DNA of 64,000 nt from a bacterium (GTDB taxonomy: Bacteria > Oederibacteriota > Muellerivitia > Muellerivitales > Muellerivitaceae): positions 7,231-71,230 of the forward strand of contig DASZRK010000055.1 in assembly GCA_035549195.1 (NCBI GenBank), written 5' to 3'. The notes under the pieces are model-generated. The model saw only the letters and a program-made list of their open reading frames with translations, was not told where the DNA came from and searched no databases. This document shows positions 9,035-16,954 of the stretch, one piece after another. Position numbers and translations under genes: made by a program. Position 1 is the first letter of the stretch; every line of letters starts with the position of its first letter.

Positions 9035-9126
9035 CCGTCATGGCGAGCCCCGGTCCCTGGACCGGAAAAACCTGGGATCCCCGCGTCGCTCACCAAGCCT
9101 ATCGGCTTAGCTCCTCGGGATGACGG
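9035..9126. repeat. REP/RPE-like palindromic element
   Basis: Arms CCGTCATGGCGAG and CTCGGGATGACGG with an internal hairpin AAGCC-tatc-GGCTT. The 3' end CTCCTCGGGATGACGG matches CTCCTCGCAATGACGG (52443-52458) at 14/16. Confidence 0.65.
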
Positions 9127-9191
9127 CGAACCGGTAAAGGGTCCTACTTCACCCGAATGTTTTCGCCGTCATTTTGGGGTAAGCTGGAAAC

Positions 9192-9920
9192 ATGGACAAT
9201 CGTCTTTTTGCCCTCCTGATCCTGCTCTTCATCGTGCCCTTCGCGGGATGGTTGGTCTACGACTGGCGACAGGACGCCTTGAGCATCCGCACCAGCGGGT
9301 TGAGCCGGGATGTCCTGGCCGACCCGAGGAACAACGCCATCGTTCCCTTGGAATACCGGTTCCATTTCGCCGAACCGGCCTATTCCCACGTGTTCTCCAC
9401 CGCCCAGATCGAGGCCATCGCCCGAAAAGGGGATTATGGGGAGCATTACCATATCTATGGCCTCACCCAGGCGGACTTCTCCCTGGCGACCCAATTCGAG
9501 GTGGGGTGGTCCAAGGCCTGGTTCAAGGACGAGTACCGGGTCTGGGTGGAGGACCTTCGGGTGGAGTTCGAATACAACACCTTGAACGTCTATGTGACCA
9601 ACGCCTATCCGGAGGCCTCCTGCGAGTACCGGACCACCTTGGATCACGAGAACCAGCATGTGGCGATCCACCGGGCGCTCCACGAGAAGTACGAGGGCAT
9701 CTTCCGGGACAAGATCGGGAACTCCCTGGAGATACCCTTGGAAAGCCGTCCGGTGACGGCCGCTTCCTTCGAGGCGGGGAAGGCCCGGGTGGCGGAGATC
9801 ATTTCGCAGGTCACGGACCCGCTCTTCCAGGGTTTCCGGGACGAGTTGGAGGCCGAGCAGGCGAAACTGGACACCCCGGAGAACTATGCCGCCCTCAAGG
9901 CGCAATGCCAGCATTGGTAG
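9192..9920 (+). CDS. Membrane-anchored hypothetical protein with HExxH motif (DUF922-like putative zinc peptidase)
   Basis: N-terminal TM segment; motifs CEYRTTLDHENQH and Q..LD..ENY...C. Confidence 0.65.
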   Translation: MDNRLFALLILLFIVPFAGWLVYDWRQDALSIRTSGLSRDVLADPRNNAIVPLEYRFHFAEPAYSHVFSTAQIEAIARKGDYGEHYHIYGLTQADFSLATQFEVGWSKAWFKDEYRVWVEDLRVEFEYNTLNVYVTNAYPEASCEYRTTLDHENQHVAIHRALHEKYEGIFRDKIGNSLEIPLESRPVTAASFEAGKARVAEIISQVTDPLFQGFRDELEAEQAKLDTPENYAALKAQCQHW

Positions 9921-9923
9921 GGA

Positions 9924-10634
9924 TTAAGGGGCGGGGATCTCGGACATCTTCTTGGAATAACGGCTGAGGACCGGGGCGGCGTCGCGCAGGTGGACCAGGA
10001 TGTCCCGGACCCCCCAATGGCGGTCGCATTTGGCCAGGGTCCGGCGGGCCAGGATGGCGGCCCGCAGGTCCTCGGCCTTGTCGCCCTCGAATTCGGTATA
10101 GGCCATCCCGATGAACTGGGAATTATGGGCGTCGCTGCAGCCGATCGGGGCCAGCTTCCTCTCTTCCATGACCTTTTGGGCCTTCTTGTTGCTCCAGAAG
10201 GAAAGGGCGTCCCCGTGATTGATGGTCTCGACCCCGTCGAAGGGGATGTCGTCCATGATATCGACCGCCTTCGGATGGCGGTACTGTTTGCCCGTATAGA
10301 CGTGGAAGGGATGGGCCAGGATGGCGATGCCACCCTGCTCGTGGATCAGGTCCACCGTGCGGCGGGCGCTGAGGCGGGCCGGGATGAATTCGTGGAGGAA
10401 GAGGCCGATCACATGGCCGTTCACGGTGCTGACCTCCTCGCCCAGGATGACCTGGACGCCCAGGTCGGGCCGGCGAAGGGAGTATTCCTTGGCGCGGAAA
10501 GCGCCTTCCATGGTGTCGTGGTCGGTGACGGCGATGAACTGAAGACCGGCGAGGGAGGCGGCTTTTACGACCCTGTGGGGAGGGTGGAGACCGTCGGAGA
10601 AGTCGGTGTGAAGGTGTAGGTCAGCCTTGGCCAT
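9924..10634 (-). CDS. PHP domain phosphoesterase
   Basis: Motifs DLHLHTDFSDG, AVTDHD, GEEV, GHVIGL, AHPF, GCSDAH. Confidence 0.9.
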   Translation of the reverse strand: MAKADLHLHTDFSDGLHPPHRVVKAASLAGLQFIAVTDHDTMEGAFRAKEYSLRRPDLGVQVILGEEVSTVNGHVIGLFLHEFIPARLSARRTVDLIHEQGGIAILAHPFHVYTGKQYRHPKAVDIMDDIPFDGVETINHGDALSFWSNKKAQKVMEERKLAPIGCSDAHNSQFIGMAYTEFEGDKAEDLRAAILARRTLAKCDRHWGVRDILVHLRDAAPVLSRYSKKMSEIPAP

Positions 10635-10681
10635 TCGCGAACAGGTTAAAAAAGCGGGGTCAACGCGCGGTCAAGCGGGCG

Positions 10682-11101
10682 TTAAATCGAGGTTAATAGA
10701 TCTTCCGGTTCGGGACGGGCGGGCGCGGGCTTCGAGGGGAAATGGGCCAGCATCTCGCGCAGTTTCTTTTCCGCGCGCTCGGCGGCGCAGGGCTTGGAAA
10801 GCACCACGTCCACCTTCCAGCGGAAGATATCCTCCAAGGTCCGGGTGGAGCGGATCCTGGTCAAGGCCAGGACCGGGATCCGGTAGCCACCGGGGAGCTC
10901 CCGGAGCGAACGGAGGAAGCCGCTTTCCGGAAGGCCCGGAGTGGTGGGGTCGAGGACCAGGGCGTGCGGGAGGAAGATGCGGTAAAGGTCCAGGGCCTTT
11001 TCGCCCCGGCTGCAATTCAACAGTTGGAAAGAGTTCGAAAGGCCCTTGTCCAGGGTCCGGAGTTGTTCGACGTCCGAATCGATCAACATGATCTTTTTCA
11101 T
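10682..11101 (-). CDS. Stand-alone response regulator receiver protein
   Basis: Motifs IMLIDSD, LVLDP (phospho-acceptor Asp), PVLALT, LSKP. Confidence 0.8.
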   Translation of the reverse strand: MKKIMLIDSDVEQLRTLDKGLSNSFQLLNCSRGEKALDLYRIFLPHALVLDPTTPGLPESGFLRSLRELPGGYRIPVLALTRIRSTRTLEDIFRWKVDVVLSKPCAAERAEKKLREMLAHFPSKPAPARPEPEDLLTSI

Positions 11102-11232
11102 CGCGACCTCCTTCGATGCGGCCCACGATAGGCCCTGCCCGAAAGTCCGGGGCGAAGCCGGGGTAAATTCACCGTAAAACCATCCTCGGTCTTTGGACGC
11201 GGCGGAGAGCGTTCCGTCCCGTGTAAATTGGT

Positions 11233-11250
11233 TTTACAAGTTTTTAACAT
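11233..11250 (+). promoter_or_regulatory. Pho-box-like direct repeat upstream of phoB
   Basis: TTTACAA (11233) and TTAACAT (11244) are 11 bp apart. A second 11-bp pair, GTAAAT/GTAAAA, lies at 11163/11174. Confidence 0.55.
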
Positions 11251-11306
11251 GGCCCCGGAAGCCCTTCGATATAATCCGTCCCATCCGACGGCATCGAGGG
11301 ACCGGC

Positions 11307-11990
11307 ATGAAGCAGATTTTCGTAGTCGAGGACGAGAAGGACCTTGTGGAGCTTTTGACCTATAACCTGGAAAAGGACGGCTACCGGGTCCTTTCGGAGA
11401 TGGACGGGGAAGCCGCGCTGAAGAAGATCCCGGAGAAGATGCCCGACCTGGTCCTGCTGGACCTCATGCTCCCCAAGGTGGACGGGTTGACCGTCTGCAA
11501 GACCCTCAAATCCAACCCCAAGACCAACCACATTCCCGTGGTGATGCTGACCGCCAAGGGCGAGGAATCGGACAAGATCGTGGGCCTGGAGCTGGGCGCG
11601 GACGATTACGTGACCAAGCCCTTCTCGGTCAAGGAACTCCTGGCCCGGGTGCGGGCGGTGCTCAGGCGCTTCAGCAAGGCGGGCGAGGGGGAAGTGCTCC
11701 AGAAGTTCAAGGACCTGACCCTGAACCGGGCCAAGCACGAGGTGGTGCTCAAGACCCAGAAACTGGGCCTGACCGCCAAGGAATTCGAGCTTTTGGATTA
11801 TTTCCTCACCCACCCCGGGCGGGTCCTGTCGCGGGATGTGCTTTTGAACAATGTTTGGGGTTATGATTATTTCGGCACCACCCGCACGGTCGATGTGCAT
11901 GTGCGCCGCCTCCGGGAGAAGCTGGGGGGCTACCAAAAGCACATCCAGACCGTGAAGGGATATGGTTATCTCTTCAAGGAAGAAACCTGA
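11307..11990 (+). CDS. phoB: PhoB/PhoP OmpR-family response regulator
   Basis: Motifs VVEDE, LLDLMLP, LTAKGEE.DKIVGLELGADDYVTKPFS, RTVDVHVRRLREKL, TVKGYGY. Located next to phoR and near pst. Confidence 0.9.
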   Translation: MKQIFVVEDEKDLVELLTYNLEKDGYRVLSEMDGEAALKKIPEKMPDLVLLDLMLPKVDGLTVCKTLKSNPKTNHIPVVMLTAKGEESDKIVGLELGADDYVTKPFSVKELLARVRAVLRRFSKAGEGEVLQKFKDLTLNRAKHEVVLKTQKLGLTAKEFELLDYFLTHPGRVLSRDVLLNNVWGYDYFGTTRTVDVHVRRLREKLGGYQKHIQTVKGYGYLFKEET

Positions 11991-12018
11991 GCCCTTCCTG
12001 ATCCCTCCAAGGTCCAAC

Positions 12019-13323
12019 ATGCCCGAAGGCCGTCCTCCGTCATCGCCCCTGGTCTGGGTCCTCCCCGCCGGGGTGGGACTATTCCTTTCCTTCCATTATT
12101 TAGGGTGGGCCGGGCTGGCCTGCCTCGCGGGAGGCGCCGGCATCGCGGCGGCTTTCGCCGGGTGGAAGGGCTCCCCGTCCCCCGGGGTCCCGGAACCGAC
12201 GGCCGCAAGCGTCCCCAAGGGACCGGAAGGCCTGCGGGATGTCTACATCCCGGGCAGGAATTTCGAGGAGATGCTGGAACGCCTGGGGTCCAACGAGTCC
12301 ATGCTCAACGTCATCCTCAACAGCATGGGAGAGGGCGTCCTCCTCTTGAACCAGGCGGACCGGGTGGTCCTGATGAACCCCACGGCGGAGAGGATCTTGG
12401 GAGGGTCGGAAAAATCGCACCTGGGGAAGCATTACCTGGAGTTGGTCCGGCACCCGGCCCTGGCCGACCTCCTGGCCCGTTCCAAGCAGGAAGGCCTTTC
12501 GGTCGGCGAGATGGAGTTCAGCGGGACCGAGGAGCGGACCTTCACGGTCAGCGTGGCCTCGGTGCGCACGGACCGGGAACAGGTCCTAGGGCACATCCTG
12601 GTCTTCTCCGACATCACTTCCTTCAAGCGCCTCATGCGCATGCGCACCGAGTTCGTGGCCAACGTTTCCCACGAACTGAAGACGCCCCTGACGGCCATCC
12701 TGGGCTACGTCGAGACGTTGATCTCGGGCGCGCTGGACGACAAGAAGAACCGGGTCCAATTCCTCCAGAAGATCTCGGACCAGGCCCAGCGGTTGAACGC
12801 CCTCATCACCGACGTCCTGGAGCTTTCCCGCATCGAAAGCGGAATGTTCATCACTTCCCTCGAAGCGGTGGACGTCGCCGAGACCGCCCAGCAGGCGGTG
12901 GACCTGCTGAAGGCGAAATGGGAGGCCAAGGGCATCGGGATCGATCTCAAGGTCCCGCCGCGCACCCTGGTGGAGGCCCATCGGGAAGGCCTCTTCCACG
13001 TCTTCGAGAACCTGTTGGACAACGCCATCAAGTATTCGCCGGAGAAGAGCCGGATCGTCATCGGCGCCGAGGAAAGGCCGCAGAGCAAGGTCGCCCTTTT
13101 CGTCCAGGACCAGGGGCCCGGTATCCCCAAAGAGGCCCAGGCCCGGGTCTTCGAGCGCTTCTTCCGGGTGGATGTTTCCCGCAGCCGGGAGGCGGGCGGG
13201 ACCGGCCTGGGGCTTTCCATCGTGAAGCACCTGGTCGAAAAAATGGAAGGGGAAGTGGTCCTGCAGAGCGAGGAAGGGAAGGGCAGCACTTTTACGATCC
13301 TTTTAGCCATTCCCCTGGACTGA
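12019..13323 (+). CDS. phoR: PhoR sensor histidine kinase (TM-PAS-HisKA-HATPase)
   Basis: Motifs ILNSMGEGV (PAS), FVANVSHELKTPLT, NLLDNAIKYS, DQGPGIP, FERFFRVD.SRSRE.GGTGLGLSIVKH. Confidence 0.92.
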   Translation: MPEGRPPSSPLVWVLPAGVGLFLSFHYLGWAGLACLAGGAGIAAAFAGWKGSPSPGVPEPTAASVPKGPEGLRDVYIPGRNFEEMLERLGSNESMLNVILNSMGEGVLLLNQADRVVLMNPTAERILGGSEKSHLGKHYLELVRHPALADLLARSKQEGLSVGEMEFSGTEERTFTVSVASVRTDREQVLGHILVFSDITSFKRLMRMRTEFVANVSHELKTPLTAILGYVETLISGALDDKKNRVQFLQKISDQAQRLNALITDVLELSRIESGMFITSLEAVDVAETAQQAVDLLKAKWEAKGIGIDLKVPPRTLVEAHREGLFHVFENLLDNAIKYSPEKSRIVIGAEERPQSKVALFVQDQGPGIPKEAQARVFERFFRVDVSRSREAGGTGLGLSIVKHLVEKMEGEVVLQSEEGKGSTFTILLAIPLD

Positions 13324-13471
13324 ACCCCTTTCGGGGGCCTTCTTTTGGCGATCTTTTCCCGGTCCTTTCCTTAGAATGACCCTGTCCGTTCGAGACGGCC
13401 GGATCTTGGGCCGGTCCGGGCGGTGAAAAAGCCTTCGGGGAGGCTGGGATCATGGTTCGCGCTTATCCGGG

Positions 13472-13990
13472 ATGCCGGCATTGAACAGTCTTGAGGTCGC
13501 CCGTGAACTGATCGGTTCCTCGGGGTTGGAGGAGAGCCTGTCCCTTTTCAAGACGGCGGGCCATGGCGGGACCGCGCCTCCGGAGGAACTCTTGAAATGG
13601 GTCCTGGCCATGAGCGCCTGCAACCTCAGCCGGACCCTGAAGCTGGAGCATATCCAGGCCCAGGTCCAGGAGGAGGATCGCCAGGACATCCTGGACGATT
13701 ACATCGTGGAATCCCTCCGCCGCCAGGACCTGCAGGTCTTCCGGGATGGGGCGGAGTTGATGGAAAAGTGCCAGGATATCCTGAAGGCCGCCGAAGAACT
13801 GGAGTCCTTTTGGTACGGGACCCCTCAGGATCCCGGCAACCCGGGGCCCCGCTATTTTTGCGTGAAGGCGGTCCTTGAACACCTTGGGGCCGAGGACCAG
13901 TTGGACCTCCGTGACGCCCTTTTCGAATTCATGTACGTCCAGCACAGCCATTTCCTGGCCCATTTCCGCAGGCCCCGCCCGCAGGCCTAA
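13472..13990 (+). CDS. Hypothetical protein, paralog of the downstream gene
   Basis: Host-like codon usage; shares ACNL..TLK, EDRQDI.DDYIVE.LR, PGPRY.CVK and LFEF.Y.QH.HF with 14086-14682. Confidence 0.8.
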   Translation: MPALNSLEVARELIGSSGLEESLSLFKTAGHGGTAPPEELLKWVLAMSACNLSRTLKLEHIQAQVQEEDRQDILDDYIVESLRRQDLQVFRDGAELMEKCQDILKAAEELESFWYGTPQDPGNPGPRYFCVKAVLEHLGAEDQLDLRDALFEFMYVQHSHFLAHFRRPRPQA

Positions 13991-14085
13991 GGACCTTGGG
14001 TAAGTTGTTGGGGCCGGGGCCTGGTCTTGGGTAGAATCCAGTGACTGTGTGGCGTGAGAAAAATATTCCTTGCCCAAGAGGTTAC

Positions 14086-14682
14086 ATGTTTTCCTTGTTC
14101 GAGGGCGCCAGCCTCAAGATCGCCAAGAACCTGATCAAGGTCACCGGGGTCCAACAGACCCTGGCCGTGATCCAGGCCAAGAACCTGGCCGCGGTCGGCG
14201 CGCCGGAGCTCCTGGAGCAGATCCTGGCCCTCAACGCCTGCAACCTCTTCCAGACCCTGAAGGAGGACTTCGTCGAACGGCAGATCGACGCGGAGGACCG
14301 CCAGGACATCGTGGACGATTACATCGTGGAGAACCTGCGGCTCCAGACCGTGATCCCCTACCGGGACGGCGGGCACCTGATGGACCTCTGCCTGAAGGTC
14401 CAGGACCTGTCGGAGAAATACAAGGTCCATTGGATGGAGGAACAGGAGGAGTCGGGCGGGCCGGGCCCCCGCTATTATTGCGTGAAGGACCTCCTGCGCC
14501 GGTTGGGGAACGAGAAGAACTACGAACTGCATGACACGCTGTTCGAGTTCGTTTACCTTCAGCACAAGCATTTCATCCACTACTTCAAGACCCTTTTGGA
14601 ACCCATCGATGCCATGGAACCGAGGACCCCGGAGGGACCCGCCGGGGAAGCGGCCCCCGGCGAGCCCGGCGGGACGGCCTAG
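14086..14682 (+). CDS. Hypothetical protein, paralog of the upstream gene
   Basis: GAGG SD before ATG 14086; same conserved blocks as the upstream gene. Confidence 0.82.
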   Translation: MFSLFEGASLKIAKNLIKVTGVQQTLAVIQAKNLAAVGAPELLEQILALNACNLFQTLKEDFVERQIDAEDRQDIVDDYIVENLRLQTVIPYRDGGHLMDLCLKVQDLSEKYKVHWMEEQEESGGPGPRYYCVKDLLRRLGNEKNYELHDTLFEFVYLQHKHFIHYFKTLLEPIDAMEPRTPEGPAGEAAPGEPGGTA

Positions 14683-14683
14683 T

Positions 14684-15220
14684 TCACTTCTTGGCGGGGG
14701 AGTCCGGGACGAAGGTGACCGAGGCCGAGTTCACGCAGTAGCGCAGGCCCGTGGGCGGGGGACCATCCTCGAAAACATGGCCCAGGTGCCCGCCGCAACG
14801 GGGACAGTGGATCTCGACCCGGTCCATGCCCCAGGAGTGGTCCTCGCGGGTGGCGATGTTCTCCGGATAGATGGGTTTGAAGAAGCTGGGCCAGCCGGTG
14901 CCCGACTCGAACTTCGTGTCCGAAACGAAGATCTCCAACCCGCACCCGGCGCAGTGATAGACGCCCTTCTCGTGGTTGTTCCAGTAAAGGCCGGTGCAGG
15001 CCCTCTCGGTCCCGTGGCCGCGCAGGATCTCGTATTGCTCGGGGGTCAGCGCCTTCTTCCATTCGGCGTCCGTCTTGACCACCTTGTCGCCCTTCCACTT
15101 GCCCATATAGCACCCCTTGATGCCGATCTTTTCCTTCGCCTTGGCCTTCGCCTCGGAGCCGCCCGGCAGCAAGGCCAGGAGGCCCAAGACGAGGGAACCA
15201 GCCACTATCTTTCGGTCCAT
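14684..15220 (-). CDS. msrB: Peptide-methionine (R)-S-oxide reductase with signal/TM extension
   Basis: Motifs [54 protein letters not shown]. Confidence 0.95.
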   Translation of the reverse strand: MDRKIVAGSLVLGLLALLPGGSEAKAKAKEKIGIKGCYMGKWKGDKVVKTDAEWKKALTPEQYEILRGHGTERACTGLYWNNHEKGVYHCAGCGLEIFVSDTKFESGTGWPSFFKPIYPENIATREDHSWGMDRVEIHCPRCGGHLGHVFEDGPPPTGLRYCVNSASVTFVPDSPAKK

Positions 15221-15296
15221 GGTACCCCCCTTCGGTCGTTCATCTTCGTTGAGGATTACGGGACGGCCGGCCGCGGGGTTACAGGCGACCCCCGGG

Positions 15297-16070
15297 TCAG
15301 TTCGTGGTTTCCTTGGGGGCCGCGGACTTTTCGGGCGGCGCCGCCGGTTCCTTGGGAGGGACGGCGGGGGCGGCGGGACGGTCGGAAAGGAGGATCTTCT
15401 CCACCCGCGCCCGGATCTCCTTGGCGATCGAAAGGGGGGATCGGGAGGCGGCGACGCTGAAGAAACCGTACTCCCGCTGCAGGGCCAGGAAGACCTTGTG
15501 GAGCTTGTTCTGGTACTTGATGAAATTATCGTACATGCTCCCGACCCGCTGGATGTCCATGCCCGATTCCCAGTAGTCCAAATAGCCCCGTTTCTGGAAA
15601 TTCCGCTCGGCCAGGGTCTTGGGGCTGGTGTTGAGGTAAAAGACGGCGTCGGGCTCCAGGGCGAAACCGTAGATCTCCCGGAGCCAGTCCATGGAAGATC
15701 CCCGGACGATGTCCCGGGCCATGAGGGTGTAGATATAGCGGTCGGCCAGCACCACGAACCCCGCCTTGAGGGCAGGCAGGATGACCCGTTCCAGCTGGTC
15801 GGCGAAATCAGTGGCGTAGAAAAGGTTGAGGGTCAGGGCGTTCAGGGTGTTGCCGTGCATGGCCTCCGCCAGGGCCTCGCCGACCAGTTCGGACCTTTTG
15901 AGCCCCACCACCACGGTGGGATAACCCCGCCGCTCGAGCCAGTTCTGGAGGAAGCTGATCTGGGTGGAACGTCCCGCCCCGTCGGACCCCTCGATGACGA
16001 TAAGGTTCCCCTTGAGCTGGGTCGGGTCGACGTTCGGGAGGCCCTTGCCGTAAAAACGCTTGGTCTTCAT
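15297..16070 (-). CDS. Thymidylate-kinase-like P-loop protein B (Walker A Lys replaced by Arg)
   Basis: Motifs [29 protein letters not shown]. Start overlaps the upstream paralog's stop (ATGA). Confidence 0.85.
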   Translation of the reverse strand: MKTKRFYGKGLPNVDPTQLKGNLIVIEGSDGAGRSTQISFLQNWLERRGYPTVVVGLKRSELVGEALAEAMHGNTLNALTLNLFYATDFADQLERVILPALKAGFVVLADRYIYTLMARDIVRGSSMDWLREIYGFALEPDAVFYLNTSPKTLAERNFQKRGYLDYWESGMDIQRVGSMYDNFIKYQNKLHKVFLALQREYGFFSVAASRSPLSIAKEIRARVEKILLSDRPAAPAVPPKEPAAPPEKSAAPKETTN

Positions 16071-16756
16071 TCCGCGCCTCCCCGCTTGAGCTTGAATTTC
16101 TTGAGGTCGATCAGTTTCTTGACGACGTCCCGCATCCGGGCCTGCTGGAGTTCGGAGGGATCGGTGGCGTTGATGCGTTCGGCGTTGAATTCCTTGAAGA
16201 TGCGGCCGTATTCCTCGTAGATCCTGCCCTGGAAGATCCGGAAGGATTCATAGGGGTCCTTGGAGAATCCCATGTCCAGGCCGGCCTCATGGTATTTCAA
16301 GGCGGGGCGTCCCTCCAGGATCCGGCCCAGGGCGACCTCCAGGGGAAGCTCAAAGAAGAAGGTGATGTCGGGCTTCCGGGCGAAGCGGTAGAGCTTGCGC
16401 AACCAGTCGCGGTCGCAGCCCCGGACCGAATCGCGGGCGAAGGCGGTATAGACGTAGCGGTCCGCCAGGACCAGGTAGCCCCCCTTCAGGAGGGGAAGGA
16501 TCTGCCGCTCGTAACGGTCGGCGAAGTCGGTGGCGTGGATGAGGGAAAAGGTGGTGGGGGTTAGCAGTTTCTTCTTCTTGCCCTTGCGGGTCGCCTTTCG
16601 GACGAGTTCGGAGGAGTTCCATTCGGTGAAGAAGACCTTGTAGCCTTCCAGCTCCAGCCAGCGCTTCAGGAGCCGTATCTGGGTCGACTTTCCGGACCCG
16701 TCCAGGCCTTCCACGGCGATCAGTTTGCCTTCGACCTCTTGGTTGGACTTGGGCAT
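16067..16756 (-). CDS. Thymidylate-kinase-like P-loop protein A
   Basis: Motifs AVEGLDGSGKSTQ, VLADRYVYT, PDITFFF. AGGAG SD before ATG 16756. Confidence 0.87.
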   Translation of the reverse strand: MPKSNQEVEGKLIAVEGLDGSGKSTQIRLLKRWLELEGYKVFFTEWNSSELVRKATRKGKKKKLLTPTTFSLIHATDFADRYERQILPLLKGGYLVLADRYVYTAFARDSVRGCDRDWLRKLYRFARKPDITFFFELPLEVALGRILEGRPALKYHEAGLDMGFSKDPYESFRIFQGRIYEEYGRIFKEFNAERINATDPSELQQARMRDVVKKLIDLKKFKLKRGGAE

Positions 16757-16771
16757 TCTCAAGACTCCTTT

Positions 16772-16951
16772 GGAACAGGGATGGACGCCGATGGACGGCG
16801 ATGGGAAGAAAGGCGATTCGAGAACCGCCGGATCCGTACCTTGGGCTGCCCGAAGTTCATCAAGTCGCTGACCTTGTAGGCGCAACCGATCACCTGCTTG
16901 GTCAAATCACTAGGTCCTTTATCCTTATTCATCCGGGTTTATCCCTGTTCC
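16772..16951. repeat. Periodic imperfect inverted-repeat element
   Basis: Left arm GGAACAGGGAT-GGACGCCGAT-GGACGGCGAT; right arm ATCCTTATTC-ATCCGGGTTT-ATCCCTGTTCC. The outer 11 bp are perfectly complementary and the period is about 10 nt. Confidence 0.7.
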
Positions 16952-16954
16952 TTG

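Noticed and set aside
15297-16756. Assigning the symbol tmk to either kinase-like gene
   Set aside because: The paired arrangement, altered motifs and ppx context argue against a confident housekeeping assignment.
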